Shown piece after piece: positions 10,454 to 21,769 of a stretch of DNA of 32,000 nucleotides. Position 1 is the first letter of the stretch, and every line of letters begins with the position of its first letter. The notes under the pieces were generated by a model, which saw nothing but the letters and a program-made list of their open reading frames with translations, did no database searches and was not told the origin of the DNA. The DNA lies in assembly GCF_000009705.1 (NCBI RefSeq), contig NC_003272.1, positions 1,860,001 to 1,892,000 of the forward strand, read 5' to 3'. This stretch comes from Nostoc sp. PCC 7120 = FACHB-418 (GTDB taxonomy: Bacteria; Cyanobacteriota; Cyanobacteriia; Cyanobacteriales; Nostocaceae). The position numbers and the translations under genes are program-made.

Positions 10454-10587
10454 AGATGACTGTTAGCGCTAGCGGGGTATTTAGCCCCTGCCGAGTGCTG
10501 AGGATAAAAACTCAGTACTCATACCTGACAAATTTCTTGATTCATAACTTTTAACTGAATACTTTACTCAGAACTCAGCACTTAAGT

Positions 10588-12465
10588 ATGAGACCCGCCC
10601 AAACTAATCAGTTTGACTACGTTAAAATCGGCTTGGCATCACCAGAACGTATTCGCCAATGGGGTGAGCGTACATTACCTAATGGTCAGGTCGTAGGTGA
10701 AGTCACCAAACCAGAAACGATTAATTACCGGACTCTCAAGCCTGAAATGGATGGCTTATTTTGTGAGCGCATTTTTGGCCCCGCGAAAGATTGGGAATGC
10801 CATTGCGGTAAGTATAAGAGAGTCCGCCATAGAGGCATTGTCTGTGAGCGTTGTGGCGTGGAAGTTACCGAGTCACGGGTACGCCGTCACCGCATGGGGT
10901 ACATTAAACTCGCTGCCCCAGTAGCCCACGTTTGGTATCTCAAAGGGATTCCTAGCTATATTTCTATTCTGCTAGATATGCCTTTGCGGGATGTGGAGCA
11001 GATTGTCTATTTCAACTCTTATGTTGTTCTCAGTCCCGGTAATGCCGAAACCCTAACCTACAAGCAGCTACTGAGTGAAGATCAATGGTTAGAAATTGAA
11101 GACCAAATCTATAGTGAAGATTCTCAATTGCAAGGTGTAGAGGTAGGTATCGGTGCTGAAGCACTGTTGCGCTTGCTGGCTGATATTAATTTAGAGCAAG
11201 AAGCGGAAAGTCTACGGGAAGAAATTGGCAGTGCTAAAGGACAAAAACGAGCAAAACTTATTAAGCGCCTGCGGGTAATTGATAACTTCATCGCTACCGG
11301 TTCTAAGCCAGAGTGGATGGTGATGACAGTGATTCCTGTAATCCCTCCAGATTTGCGCCCAATGGTGCAGTTAGATGGTGGACGGTTTGCTACCAGTGAC
11401 TTGAATGATTTATATCGTCGGGTAATTAACCGGAATAATCGTTTGGCACGACTGCAAGAGATTCTTGCACCGGAAATTATCGTGCGGAACGAAAAGCGGA
11501 TGCTGCAAGAAGCAGTAGACGCTTTGATTGACAACGGTCGTCGGGGACGTACTGTGGTTGGGGCAAACAACCGACCCCTAAAATCTTTATCAGACATTAT
11601 TGAAGGTAAGCAAGGACGTTTCCGGCAAAACTTGTTAGGTAAACGGGTTGACTACTCTGGACGTTCTGTAATTGTGGTCGGGCCAAAGCTGAAAATTCAC
11701 CAGTGCGGCTTGCCCAGAGAAATGGCAATTGAACTATTCCAGCCATTTGTCATTAATCGTCTGATTCGCAGTGGCATGGTGAATAACATCAAAGCTGCGA
11801 AAAAGTTAATCTCTCGCAATGACCCCAGTGTTTGGGATGTCCTGGAAGAAGTGATTGAAGGACACCCAGTCATGCTTAACCGTGCGCCTACCCTACACCG
11901 TTTGGGTATTCAGGCTTTTGAACCAATTTTGGTGGAAGGTCGAGCCATTCAACTCCACCCCTTGGTGTGTCCTGCATTTAACGCTGACTTTGACGGCGAC
12001 CAAATGGCAGTACACGTCCCCCTATCCTTGGAAAGCCAGGCAGAAGCAAGGTTGTTAATGCTTGCTTCCAACAATATCCTCTCACCAGCTACAGGTAGAC
12101 CAATTATCACACCTAGCCAAGACATGGTATTGGGGGCTTATTACCTAACTGCGGAAAACCCAGGTGCTACCAAAGGTGCGGGTAAGTATTTTGCTTCTCT
12201 GGATGACGTGATTATGGCCTTCCAGCAAGAGCAAATTGACTTACACGCTTATGTCTACGTGCGGTTTGATGGTGATGTAGAATCTGACCAACCAGATACA
12301 GAACCTGTGAAGGTGACAACTAACGAAGATGGTAGCCGGACTGTACTATATAAGTACCGCCGAGTCAGGGAAGACGCTCAGGGAAATGTAATTTCTCAGT
12401 ATATATACACCACTCCAGGTCGCGTTATTTACAATAAAGCGATTCAAGAAGCACTTGCCAGTTAG
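10588..12465 (+). CDS. rpoC1: DNA-directed RNA polymerase subunit gamma (N-terminal half of beta-prime)
   Basis: 625 aa with the zinc-binding CHCGKYK...CERCGVEV motif and the catalytic [12 protein letters not shown] motif. It ends where cyanobacterial/plastid beta-prime is split. Confidence 0.97.
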
Positions 12466-12477
12466 TTAAGAGTCCAA

Positions 12478-12522
12478 AGTGAATAGTCCATAGTTAATCG
12501 CAATAACTAGGGACTATTCACT
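12478..12522 (+). promoter_or_regulatory. long hairpin in the rpoC1-rpoC2 spacer
   Basis: AGTGAATAGTCC (12478-12489) is perfectly complementary to GGACTATTCACT (12511-12522). An inner stem pairs TAGTTA with TAACTA. No U-run follows, so it is not a classical terminator. Confidence 0.6.
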
Positions 12523-12577
12523 AATGGCTAATGACTAATGACCAACGACAAAGGACTAATGACTAATGACTAACGAA
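12522..12577. repeat. eight tandem heptamers of the TAATGAC type, overlapping the rpoC2 start codon
   Basis: TAATGGC TAATGAC TAATGAC CAACGAC AAAGGAC TAATGAC TAATGAC TAACGAA. The rpoC2 ATG (12566) is the ATG of the seventh unit. Confidence 0.85.
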
Positions 12578-15500
12578 AAGATGATTTTTCGCAATCGCGT
12601 CGTTGACAAAGGTCAACTGAGAAATTTGATTTCTTGGGCGTTTACCCATTATGGAACGGCGCGTACCGCAGTGATGGCGGATAAGTTGAAGGATTTAGGC
12701 TTTCGCTATGCTACCAGAGCCGGGGTTTCCATCAGTGTTGATGACTTGATGGTACCACCTAGCAAACGGAGTCTTTTGGAGGCTGCCGAAGAGGAAATTC
12801 GCGCTACTGAAGTCCGTTACCAACGGGGAGAAATTACGGAAGTAGAACGTTTCCAAAAGGTAATTGATACCTGGAACGGTACGAGTGAAGCTCTCAAGGA
12901 CGAGGTGGTTACTCACTTCAAACAGACCAACCCACTCAACTCCGTGTACATGATGGCGTTCTCTGGCGCACGGGGTAATATCTCCCAGGTGCGTCAGTTG
13001 GTGGGGATGCGGGGATTGATGGCAGATCCTCAAGGGGAAATTATTGACTTACCCATCAAAACTAACTTCCGCGAAGGTCTGACGGTTACAGAATATATTA
13101 TTTCGTCTTACGGTGCGAGAAAAGGGTTAGTAGATACAGCGTTGCGTACCGCCGACTCTGGTTATCTGACCCGTCGTTTGGTAGACGTATCCCAGGATGT
13201 AATCATTCGGGAAATTGATTGCGGGACGACCAGAGGGATTCCCGTCCGACCGATGACCGAAGGTAGCAAAACCTTGATCAAGCTATCTACACGCTTGCTA
13301 GGACGGGTGGTGGGAGAAGATGTGATCCATCCCAAAACAAAAGAAGTGATTGCCCCACGCAATACCCCCATTTCTGATGACTTAGCCAAAGAAATAGAAA
13401 AAGCTGGGGTGGCAGAAGTTGTGGTGCGATCGCCTCTTACCTGTGAAGCTGCCCGTTCTGTATGCCAGCACTGCTATGGCTGGAGTTTGGCTCACGCCAA
13501 AATGGTAGATTTAGGCGAAGCTGTCGGGATTATCGCGGCTCAAAGTATTGGGGAACCCGGAACCCAGCTCACCATGAGAACATTCCACACTGGTGGTGTG
13601 TTTACTGGGGAAGTAGCACAACAAGTCCGTTCCAAAATGGATGGAACTATCAAGCTACCCCGGAAACTGCGGACAAGAACCCATCGCACCCGCCACGGGG
13701 AAGATGCCTTGTTTGTAGAAAGCAACGGGATTATGATTCTGGAACCACGCAAGGAAGGTTCAGAAACCCCAGCACCTCAAGAAATTCATGTGACCCAAGG
13801 TTCCACAATCTATATCGTTGATGGACAACAGGTCAAAAAAGGTCAATTACTAGCAGAAGTTGCCCTCGGTGGTCGTACCACCCGGACTAATACAGAAAAA
13901 GCCGTAAAAGATGTGGCCTCTGACTTAGCCGGAGAAGTGAAGTTTGCCGAAGTTGTTCCCGAACAAAAAACCGACCGTCAAGGTAACACTACTACCACAG
14001 CCGCCAGAGGTGGTTTGATTTGGATTCTCTCTGGGGAAGTGTATAACTTGCCACCAGGTGCAGAATTGGTAGTGAAAAATGGCGATCGCGTCGAAACTAA
14101 CGGTGTACTGGCAGAGACTAAGTTAACTACTATACATGGTGGTGTGGTACGTTTACCAGAAGCTACCCCTGGTAAGAGTACTAGAGAAATTGAAATCATT
14201 ACTGCTTCTGTGGTCTTAGACCAAGCAACAGTCACCGTCCAGAGTTCCCAAGGTCGTAACAACTACTTAATTACCACCGGTAACAACCAAGTATTTAACC
14301 TGCGGGCAACCCCAGGCACAAAAGTGCAGAATGGTCAAGTTGTCGCTGAGTTAATTGATGACCGCTATCGCACAACCACCGGTGGTTTCCTGAAATTCGC
14401 GGGTGTAGAAGTCCAAAAGAAAGGTAAAGCCAAGCTTGGTTATGAAGTGGTACAGGGCGGTACACTGTTGTGGATTCCCGAAGAAACCCACGAAGTTAAC
14501 AAAGACATCTCCTTGCTGTTGGTAGAAGACGGACAGTATGTCGAAGCTGGTACAGAAGTTGTTAAAGACATCTTCTGCCAAAACAGTGGTGTGGTAGAAG
14601 TTACCCAGAAAAATGACATTCTCCGGGAAGTGGTAGTGAAGCCAGGAGAACTGCTCATGGTAGATGATCCAGAAGCAGTAATTGGGCGAGATAATACCCT
14701 GTTACAACCTGGTGAAGAACTATTAGGGCAAGTCGCCACAGAACTGCGTTACATCCAGTATGTAGAATCGCCGGAAGGCCCAGCACTGTTGAGCCGTCCA
14801 GTGGTGGAATTCGCTGTACCCAGTAACCCTGATGTACCATCTACTACATCTGTTAGCCAACAAACAGGACGTTCGATTCAAATGCGGGCAGTACAAAGAC
14901 TGCCTTACAAAGATTCAGAACGCGTCAAGTCGGTGGAAGGTGTGGAACTCCTGCGTACCCAATTAGTATTGGAAATTGAGCAGGAAGGTGAACAAGAACA
15001 TAATGCTTCTCCTCTAGCGGCAGATATTGAATTAATACCTGACCTTGAGGATGCAGATGTTCAGCGCTTACAGCTAGTAATTTTGGAATCCTTAGTTTTG
15101 CGTCGTGACATCGCCGCCGATGCTACCCAAGGCAGTACCCAAACTAGCCTGGAGGTAAAAGACGGAGACACAATTGTTCCCGGTTCCGTAGTTGCACGTA
15201 CCCAAATCTTGTCTAAAGAAGGTGGGATTGTCAGGGGAGTGCAGAAAGGAAGCGAAGCAGTGCGTCGTTGTTTAGTGCTGCGTCATAGCGACATGGCAAC
15301 ACTAAATATCAGTGCCAAGCCCAAAGTCAAAGCCGGTGATTTAATCGTCGCAGGTACAGAACTTGCCCCTGGTATCTTTGCCGAAGAATCTGGGCAAATT
15401 GTAGGGGTGAAAAATGCGGGTGAAAGCACCACCACTCAAGACGCAGCCCTTAGCACTCAGAACTATGCCGTGACTATCCGTGCTGGTCGTCCTTATCGAG

Positions 15501-16633
15501 TCAGCCCTGGTGCAGTATTGCAAATAGAAGATGGCGACTTGGTGCAACGGGGTGATAACTTAGTGCTGCTAGTGTTTGAACGGGCAAAAACTGGAGACAT
15601 CATTCAAGGTTTGCCTCGGATTGAAGAACTACTAGAAGCCCGGAAACCCAAAGAAGCTTGTATTTTAGCAAAACGGGGTGGGGAGGTTAAGGTAGTGTAC
15701 GGTGATGGTGATGAAGCGATCGCCATCAAAGTTATAGAATCCAATGGGGTAGTCACCGATTATCCTCTTGGCCCTGGGCAAAACTTAGCCATGCCCGATG
15801 GTTCCGTTGTACCAGCCGGACAACCATTGAGTGATGGGCCTTCCAATCCCCACGAAATTCTGGAAGTATTCTTCAGTCTAGGTTCGGAAGACGGGGTTTA
15901 TGCTTGTGCTAGCCACGCCTTACAAAAAGTGCAAACATTCCTCGTGAATGAAGTGCAGATGGTGTATCAATCCCAAGGTATTGACATCGCCGACAAACAC
16001 ATTGAAGTGATTGTGCGCCAGATGACCAACAAAGTGCGGATTGATGATGGTGGTGACACCACTATGCTTCCTGGTGAGTTGGTAGAATTGCGCCAAGTCG
16101 AGCAGGTGAATGAAGCAATGGCAATTACTGGCGGAGCGAGAGCGCAATATACTCCAGTATTGTTAGGTATTACTAAAGCATCGTTGAATACAGACAGTTT
16201 CATTTCTGCCGCATCCTTCCAAGAAACAACACGGGTTCTGACCGAAGCAGCTATTGAGGGTAAATCCGACTGGTTGCGTGGTTTGAAAGAAAACGTGATT
16301 ATTGGGCGATTGATCCCGGCGGGAACTGGTTACAATACCTATGATGAACCTGGGATGCTGGAAGATTATTCCACGCTGGAAACCACCAGTGTCTTGGATG
16401 AAACCGATGATCCTCTAGATATGGTATTAGATGACCGTACAGCTCGCGCCTACAATTTAGATTCTCCCGGTCTTGCGGAAACTGGATTTAATAACCGTCG
16501 CTCAATTCTCGATGATGATGAGTTGATTGCTGATGAAATCCATGACCTCGTAGAAGCGGAAGTGGAAGTAGACGATGAAGTAGATGATGATTACGAGGAT
16601 GATGACGAAGACGATGACGATTACGAAGACTAA
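12566..16633 (+). CDS. rpoC2: DNA-directed RNA polymerase subunit beta-prime (C-terminal half), with the large cyanobacterial trigger-loop insertion
   Basis: 1355 aa. Conserved blocks are …[28 protein letters not shown]…, the trigger loop [11 protein letters not shown], …[21 protein letters not shown]… and …[40 protein letters not shown]… About 659 aa (nt 13613-15589) lie between the two trigger-loop halves. The C-terminal tail is acidic. Confidence 0.97.
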   Translation: MTNEKMIFRNRVVDKGQLRNLISWAFTHYGTARTAVMADKLKDLGFRYATRAGVSISVDDLMVPPSKRSLLEAAEEEIRATEVRYQRGEITEVERFQKVIDTWNGTSEALKDEVVTHFKQTNPLNSVYMMAFSGARGNISQVRQLVGMRGLMADPQGEIIDLPIKTNFREGLTVTEYIISSYGARKGLVDTALRTADSGYLTRRLVDVSQDVIIREIDCGTTRGIPVRPMTEGSKTLIKLSTRLLGRVVGEDVIHPKTKEVIAPRNTPISDDLAKEIEKAGVAEVVVRSPLTCEAARSVCQHCYGWSLAHAKMVDLGEAVGIIAAQSIGEPGTQLTMRTFHTGGVFTGEVAQQVRSKMDGTIKLPRKLRTRTHRTRHGEDALFVESNGIMILEPRKEGSETPAPQEIHVTQGSTIYIVDGQQVKKGQLLAEVALGGRTTRTNTEKAVKDVASDLAGEVKFAEVVPEQKTDRQGNTTTTAARGGLIWILSGEVYNLPPGAELVVKNGDRVETNGVLAETKLTTIHGGVVRLPEATPGKSTREIEIITASVVLDQATVTVQSSQGRNNYLITTGNNQVFNLRATPGTKVQNGQVVAELIDDRYRTTTGGFLKFAGVEVQKKGKAKLGYEVVQGGTLLWIPEETHEVNKDISLLLVEDGQYVEAGTEVVKDIFCQNSGVVEVTQKNDILREVVVKPGELLMVDDPEAVIGRDNTLLQPGEELLGQVATELRYIQYVESPEGPALLSRPVVEFAVPSNPDVPSTTSVSQQTGRSIQMRAVQRLPYKDSERVKSVEGVELLRTQLVLEIEQEGEQEHNASPLAADIELIPDLEDADVQRLQLVILESLVLRRDIAADATQGSTQTSLEVKDGDTIVPGSVVARTQILSKEGGIVRGVQKGSEAVRRCLVLRHSDMATLNISAKPKVKAGDLIVAGTELAPGIFAEESGQIVGVKNAGESTTTQDAALSTQNYAVTIRAGRPYRVSPGAVLQIEDGDLVQRGDNLVLLVFERAKTGDIIQGLPRIEELLEARKPKEACILAKRGGEVKVVYGDGDEAIAIKVIESNGVVTDYPLGPGQNLAMPDGSVVPAGQPLSDGPSNPHEILEVFFSLGSEDGVYACASHALQKVQTFLVNEVQMVYQSQGIDIADKHIEVIVRQMTNKVRIDDGGDTTMLPGELVELRQVEQVNEAMAITGGARAQYTPVLLGITKASLNTDSFISAASFQETTRVLTEAAIEGKSDWLRGLKENVIIGRLIPAGTGYNTYDEPGMLEDYSTLETTSVLDETDDPLDMVLDDRTARAYNLDSPGLAETGFNNRRSILDDDELIADEIHDLVEAEVEVDDEVDDDYEDDDEDDDDYED

Positions 16634-16659
16634 AGTCTAACAGTTATCATCTAAATTAA

Positions 16660-16696
16660 AAAGGCAAAAGAAGTAATTCTTTTGCCTTTATTTTAT
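16660..16696 (+). terminator. Rho-independent terminator of the rpoB-C1-C2 operon
   Basis: AAAGGCAAAAG (16660-16670), 8-nt loop, CTTTTGCCTTT (16679-16689), followed by ATTTTAT. It starts 27 nt after the rpoC2 stop. Confidence 0.75.
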
Positions 16697-16896
16697 GGAT
16701 TCAAGTTCAGAAAATATGGTGCTTACAGCACAACGTAGTCAACATCCTATATCAAGTTCGGGTCATTACTTATAATATGTTTGGTTTGAGTGATAATAGC
16801 TAATAGGTAATTTCTACTCTTACTTACATATCAACGATGATCAAATGCCGCAAATATTATTAGGGTTCAGACGAACATGATATTAAGTTTTTTGAT

Positions 16897-17976
16897 CTAC
16901 TTATTCACTACTTGATTGTTAGAAGTGTAGTAAACTTTCCCGCCTGTATCGGGGACAAAATGGCAACTCACGCAAGAACGCCACAATGACTTCCAAATAG
17001 GTTCTTCTGACTTGCGGTAATACTCACCCATGACTGGTTTAATTGCCTCGGTAGCCTTCAGCAAATTATAGTGAGGAATATTCAAGAAAATGTGGTGTGC
17101 TACATGAGTACCAATATCATGATGGATGTGATTGACTAAACCATAATTGCGGTCAATACTGGAAATTGCACCTTTTAGGAAAGTCCAATCTTCGCCACGA
17201 TACCAGGGAAGATCAGCTTCAGTGTGGTGTAGGAATGTGACTAAATCAAGCCAAATTACAAACACTATGTATGGTGCAGCATAGTATTTTAACAACCACA
17301 TCCAGCCCCATTGATAAGTTAGGAAACCTAACAAACCAACCATACAACTCCACAGTACGGTACTGGTGATAACATCCCATTTTTCTGATGGCTTGAAAAG
17401 AGAGCTACTAGGTAAAAAATGAGAGCCTTCCTTATTAGGAGAACGCTTAAACAAATACACTGGATAAGCCAGTAGAAATACGTAATAACGGCCTATCTTT
17501 TGCCCTAATGGCATTTCCTTGTATTGCGATTGAGTCACAGGATACCAGCTTTCATCATTATCGATATTGCCAGTATTTTTATGATGAGTTCTGTGACTAA
17601 TACGCCAACCGTGATAAGGGACTAATATGAAGGTGTGAGTCAGATGCCCAATTAAATCATTGAGCCATTTATGCTTAGAAAAAGATTGGTGTCCGCAGTC
17701 ATGTCCAACCACAAACAAAGCCCAAAACATCGTTCCTTGGATTAACCAGAAAATTGGCCAAAAATACCAAGAATCTAGGTAATGGGCGACTGCGTATAAC
17801 AAACCGACAATCAGAACATCACGAAAAAAGTAGAATAGTGATTTGCTGACATTGGGTTGAAAACACTCAGCCGGAATAGCCGCTTTTAAATCCTGAAGAG
17901 TAAATGGCAGTGTAGTGGTATTCTCTGATTGGCCAAAGCTAGGAGAATTATCGGAGGGGATTGTAGTTGATTGCAC
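16897..17976 (-). CDS. desB: omega-3 (delta-15) acyl-lipid fatty acid desaturase
   Basis: 359 aa with the three His boxes HDCGH, HRTHH and HVAHH. The N-terminal region FTLQDLKAAIPAECFQP…DSWYFWPIFWLIQGT…VVGHDCGHQSFSK…ILVPYHGWRISHRTHHKNTGNIDNDESWYP matches my recollection of cyanobacterial DesB. GTG start. Confidence 0.85.
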   Translation of the reverse strand: MQSTTIPSDNSPSFGQSENTTTLPFTLQDLKAAIPAECFQPNVSKSLFYFFRDVLIVGLLYAVAHYLDSWYFWPIFWLIQGTMFWALFVVGHDCGHQSFSKHKWLNDLIGHLTHTFILVPYHGWRISHRTHHKNTGNIDNDESWYPVTQSQYKEMPLGQKIGRYYVFLLAYPVYLFKRSPNKEGSHFLPSSSLFKPSEKWDVITSTVLWSCMVGLLGFLTYQWGWMWLLKYYAAPYIVFVIWLDLVTFLHHTEADLPWYRGEDWTFLKGAISSIDRNYGLVNHIHHDIGTHVAHHIFLNIPHYNLLKATEAIKPVMGEYYRKSEEPIWKSLWRSCVSCHFVPDTGGKVYYTSNNQVVNK

Positions 17977-18345
17977 TTGATTCTGTTGTGGGATATAAAT
18001 CGGACTTTACTGGAAGTAGGAATGAGTAACTATGATTCGGCGATGTCTGCGAAGATAGCTCTCACACATCCAAAGAAGTGTTCAAGAGATGAAAAGACAG
18101 AATTGAGAATCCATTAATGGATAATGACCCAGGTAAGCACGCCACATCCAGCAATAGGATTTTAATGTGTGGGTTATTATTTATGATTTCTGAATTGTTA
18201 TTCAAAAATTTCTGGCAATTCACATATTAATCATCAGTAAATAGTGAACTGCCAAAATTTATTGAATTTACAGAATCATAAATTATTTTTTGCCATGAGG
18301 GTTTTAAGTAAGCATCCTACTAGCTAATAGTACTGGCTAAAAAAC

Positions 18346-19398
18346 CTATCGTCCTGCGTAATAATCTTTAAAAGGCTGATAGCCAACATCAGTTTGATAC
18401 AGTTGACATTCGTCAGTAATGAGCTTCATTAAAGACCAAGAAAAGCGAAGTTCATCATGTAGATAATCACCCCAATTTTCTTGAATGCTGCTGTAAGCTA
18501 GCCGCAAATTATAAGAAGGAATAGCTGTAGAAAGGTGATGAGGAACGTGGACGTTAATATCGTGACACAACACTTCTACCCATTTGGGATAATCACAATG
18601 AATAGTCCCAAATAACTGTGCCATAGCTTCATGCCATTTGTTCTCTGCTTCAAAAGGAACATCTGGATATGTGTGGTGAACAATGGTGAAGGTACTCATC
18701 CAAAAATGATAACCAAGCCAAGGCACAAACCAAAATTTTACAAATCCCCAAATACCAGTTGTAGCGATGAGGGTGGGAAAAGCAACTGCGGCAAATAAAA
18801 CTACTACAGCAACAGAAAGTTTCACATCAGCTTGGTCTTTAACTTTGAATTTCCGCCAATCGAAATGCACAACAGCCCAATGTCCAACTGAGCCTACCCA
18901 CCAAAGCCTTTGACGCATAAACAACTTAAAGGCAGACTGACGAGTTTTACCCCAACTGGCAAAAACTTCTGGTCTGATAGGATGCCAAGCATTATCTTCG
19001 TCTAACTTGTTGGTGTGTTTGTGGTGATGATTATGCTTAATCCGCCAACTGTGAAAGGGATATATTAACGGCATCATAAATATATGCCCTACCAAGTCAT
19101 TTACCCAACGACGTTTGGCAAATGAACGGTGTCCACAATCGTGACCAATCACAAAAAAACCTGTTAAGGCTGTACCTGTAAAAATCCAGGCAATGGGTAA
19201 CAGAAACCAAGGTGCGATCGCCAAACTCCAGTAACCTAAACCCACCATCACAACACTAAGTAGTGCTTGTGTCCACGCTTTGCGACGGTTCTGCTGAAAA
19301 CATTCCTTTGGCAGAGTTTTAATAATATCTTTGAGCCTTAGTTCGGGATTACTAAGCTTATTTTTTATTTCCTGATTTTTGATGATTGATGTAGTCAT
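18346..19398 (-). CDS. desA: delta-12 acyl-lipid fatty acid desaturase
   Basis: His boxes HDCGH, HNHHH and HVPHH. …[16 protein letters not shown]…[32 protein letters not shown]…[20 protein letters not shown]… matches cyanobacterial DesA. The track start at 19431 adds 11 aa, so I moved the start to ATG at 19398 (MTTSIIKNQ…, 350 aa). Confidence 0.85.
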   Translation of the reverse strand: MTTSIIKNQEIKNKLSNPELRLKDIIKTLPKECFQQNRRKAWTQALLSVVMVGLGYWSLAIAPWFLLPIAWIFTGTALTGFFVIGHDCGHRSFAKRRWVNDLVGHIFMMPLIYPFHSWRIKHNHHHKHTNKLDEDNAWHPIRPEVFASWGKTRQSAFKLFMRQRLWWVGSVGHWAVVHFDWRKFKVKDQADVKLSVAVVVLFAAVAFPTLIATTGIWGFVKFWFVPWLGYHFWMSTFTIVHHTYPDVPFEAENKWHEAMAQLFGTIHCDYPKWVEVLCHDINVHVPHHLSTAIPSYNLRLAYSSIQENWGDYLHDELRFSWSLMKLITDECQLYQTDVGYQPFKDYYAGR

Positions 19399-19565
19399 GA
19401 AAACCTGAATAACAACAAAACCCTCTACCAAGCCACCACAAAAGTAACTTGCCGCAAAGTACTTGAGAATTAACGTTCTGCATCATAGCAACTTCAGCTA
19501 GCCAAGCGCACCTGTAACTAATTTCCAGAAGCTATTTGAGAACTAACGAGTAGATATTTGGTTGC

Positions 19566-19614
19566 GAAAAAATTACTAAGTCATTAGTCATTTTTTAGAC
19601 AAATAACTAATGAC
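19566..19614 (-). terminator. candidate terminator downstream of desC, built from GTCATTA/TAATGAC units
   Basis: GTCATTAGT (19580-19588) is complementary to ACTAATGAC (19606-19614). On the minus strand the hairpin is followed by TTAGTAATTTTTTC. Confidence 0.4.
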
Positions 19615-19628
19615 ACATAATAAACTAA

Positions 19629-20447
19629 TTACTGCTTTTTGTCTGCTAGTTTGACATTAGTTGCTAAACCGAGTATTTGCAGCAATTGCACTGTCATCCA
19701 AGTCAGATCAACTTCCCACCATTCCAACCCGTGACGAGCTGAATATTGAAAAGCGTGGTGGTTGTTGTGCCAACCTTCACCAAACACTAGGACAGCTACC
19801 CACCAACAGTTAGTGGATCTGTCACCAGCATCATAGGTGCGGTAGCCAAACTTATGGGTAGCGCTGTTTACCAACCAAGTACAGTGGTAAACCCAAACGA
19901 TGCGAAAGAAAACTCCCCAGACCACAAAAGACCACCCGCCTAGATATAACAGCAACAACCCCAGAGCAATCTGGATAAAAATGAAATATTTCTGTAAAAA
20001 CTGATAGACTGGGTCTTCGGCAATATCTTTGGTGAACCGAGGAACATCAGCGTGGGAGGGAGAGTGATAAATTAGCCAACCAATATGGCTCCACCAGAAA
20101 CCTTTATTAGAATCATGGGGATCTGGATCAGTATCGGAATGTAAATGATGAATGCGATGTGTACCGACCCACTCGATTGGCCCTCCTTGACAAGCGAGAG
20201 TCCCGCAAAGCACTAGAAAATATTCCAACCACTTGGGAGTCTGAAAACTGCGGTGGGTAACAAGGCGATGAAAGCCTAAGGTAATACCCAAACCACCAGT
20301 GATCCAGTAAAGCAATAAAGCCACACCAACTGCCGCCCAGCTGAAGTTACTAGGGATAAAGGCAAACAAAGCGCCGATGTGTAGCCCAAGGAAAAATAGG
20401 GTATTTACCCAGTTGATTTGAGGTTTAGTTGAAGTAGCAATTGTCAT
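19629..20447 (-). CDS. desC: delta-9 acyl-lipid (stearoyl) desaturase
   Basis: 272 aa with His boxes HRLVTHRSF, HRIHHLHSD and HNNHHAF, and the membrane topology typical of delta-9 desaturases. Confidence 0.9.
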   Translation of the reverse strand: MTIATSTKPQINWVNTLFFLGLHIGALFAFIPSNFSWAAVGVALLLYWITGGLGITLGFHRLVTHRSFQTPKWLEYFLVLCGTLACQGGPIEWVGTHRIHHLHSDTDPDPHDSNKGFWWSHIGWLIYHSPSHADVPRFTKDIAEDPVYQFLQKYFIFIQIALGLLLLYLGGWSFVVWGVFFRIVWVYHCTWLVNSATHKFGYRTYDAGDRSTNCWWVAVLVFGEGWHNNHHAFQYSARHGLEWWEVDLTWMTVQLLQILGLATNVKLADKKQ

Positions 20448-20533
20448 GCAGTAACTCGAATTAAAATTGTTCAGCCTAGTCTGTGCGATTCCGCAATTCG
20501 CATATTTATAGTTTTTTTGTTAACGAGGAAGTA

Positions 20534-21763
20534 ATGAACAGCTTGGAACAGCTGCGGCAAGCAGAACAGGCACTGTTAGAGATTTTTTCTGGAATTGACG
20601 CTCAGGTCAAGCAAAATCTGAAAAGAGTGCTGGAAGCCTTTCGTAATCAGCGTGTAGGAGCGCACCACTTTGCTGGTGTAAGTGGTTATGGTCACGATGA
20701 TTTAGGTCGAGAAACTTTAGACAAAGTTTTTGCCGAAGTAATGGGTGCTGAAGCTGCGGCGGTGCGGGTGCAGTTTGTTTCGGGAACTCACGCGATCGCT
20801 TGCGCCCTGTTTGGTGTACTCCGGCCTGGTGATGAAATGTTAGCAGTGGTTGGTTCCCCCTACGATACGCTCGAAGAAGTTATTGGTTTACGGGGTCAAG
20901 GTCAAGGCTCCCTTATTGAGTTTGGCATAAAATACCGCCAATTGGAGTTAACTTCCCAAGGATCTATCGATTGGCAAACTTTAAGTACTAGTATTACTGA
21001 TCACACTCGCTTAGTTTTAATTCAGCGTTCTTGTGGTTATTCCTGGCGGCCTAGCTTATCCATTGCCGATATTGAAAAAGTTGTTAATTTAGTCAAACAG
21101 CAAAATCCTCACACTGTTTGCTTTGTGGATAACTGCTACGGTGAATTTATCGAAACCCAGGAACCTACCCATGTTGGTGCTGATTTAATGGCTGGTTCTT
21201 TGATTAAAAATCCTGGTGGGACGATTGTGACGGCTGGTGGTTATGTAGCTGGACGGGCTGACTTAGTAGAAGCAGCCGCTTGTCGCCTGACTGCTCCTGG
21301 TATTGGTAGTTACGGTGGGGCGACATTTGACCAAAATCGCCTGTTATTCCAAGGGTTGTTTTTGTCGCCCCAGATGGTGGGTGAGGCGATGAAGGGAACT
21401 CACCTGACTGGTTATGTATTTGACAAACTTGGTTATCCAGTCAATCCTGCACCCCTTGCGCCCCGTGGGGATGTGATTCAGGCGATTAAATTGGGTTCGG
21501 CGCAGAAGCTGATTGCCTTCTGTAAGGCTGTACAACAGAATTCACCTGTGGGTTCTTACCTTGACCCCATTCCCGATGATATGCCGGGGTATGAGAGCCA
21601 GGTGGTGATGGCTGGGGGGACATTTATTGAGGGGAGTACTTTGGAATTTTCGGCGGATGGGCCTTTACGTGAGCCTTATGTGGTGTATTGCCAGGGGGGG
21701 ACTCATTGGAGTCATGTGGCGATCGCCCTAGAGGCGGCGATCGACGCTGTGGGAGAGGCTTGA
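20534..21763 (+). CDS. PLP-dependent enzyme of the YnbB / 'aluminium resistance protein' (Met-gamma-lyase-like) family
   Basis: …HFAGVSGYGHDDLGRETLDKVFAEV…, …FVDNCYGEF…, and GSLIKNPGG containing the putative PLP lysine, as in the YnbB family. The track start (20483) looks like an upstream extension, so I used ATG 20534, which is preceded by GAGGAAG. Confidence 0.75.
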   Translation: MNSLEQLRQAEQALLEIFSGIDAQVKQNLKRVLEAFRNQRVGAHHFAGVSGYGHDDLGRETLDKVFAEVMGAEAAAVRVQFVSGTHAIACALFGVLRPGDEMLAVVGSPYDTLEEVIGLRGQGQGSLIEFGIKYRQLELTSQGSIDWQTLSTSITDHTRLVLIQRSCGYSWRPSLSIADIEKVVNLVKQQNPHTVCFVDNCYGEFIETQEPTHVGADLMAGSLIKNPGGTIVTAGGYVAGRADLVEAAACRLTAPGIGSYGGATFDQNRLLFQGLFLSPQMVGEAMKGTHLTGYVFDKLGYPVNPAPLAPRGDVIQAIKLGSAQKLIAFCKAVQQNSPVGSYLDPIPDDMPGYESQVVMAGGTFIEGSTLEFSADGPLREPYVVYCQGGTHWSHVAIALEAAIDAVGEA

Positions 21764-21769
21764 AGGTGG

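Noticed and set aside
12522-12577. Regularly spaced short repeats that might suggest a CRISPR array (also at 5461-5532, 6385-6426 and 27376-27416).
   Set aside because: The units are contiguous 7-mers with no spacers, which marks them as STRR-type tandem repeats. No 25-40-nt repeats separated by unique spacers and no cas genes occur anywhere in the window.
7501-16203. Many 60-157-aa ORFs antisense to or out of frame with rpoB, rpoC1 and rpoC2 (e.g. 7501-7851, 8432-8743, 9397-9660, 11124-11597, 12695-13033, 13462-13821, 13978-14262, 14440-14739, 15920-16147).
   Set aside because: All lie entirely inside strongly supported RNA polymerase genes. They have Arg/Ser/Pro- or Trp-rich shadow-ORF composition and no independent start signals, so they are typical frame shadows of long, codon-biased genes.
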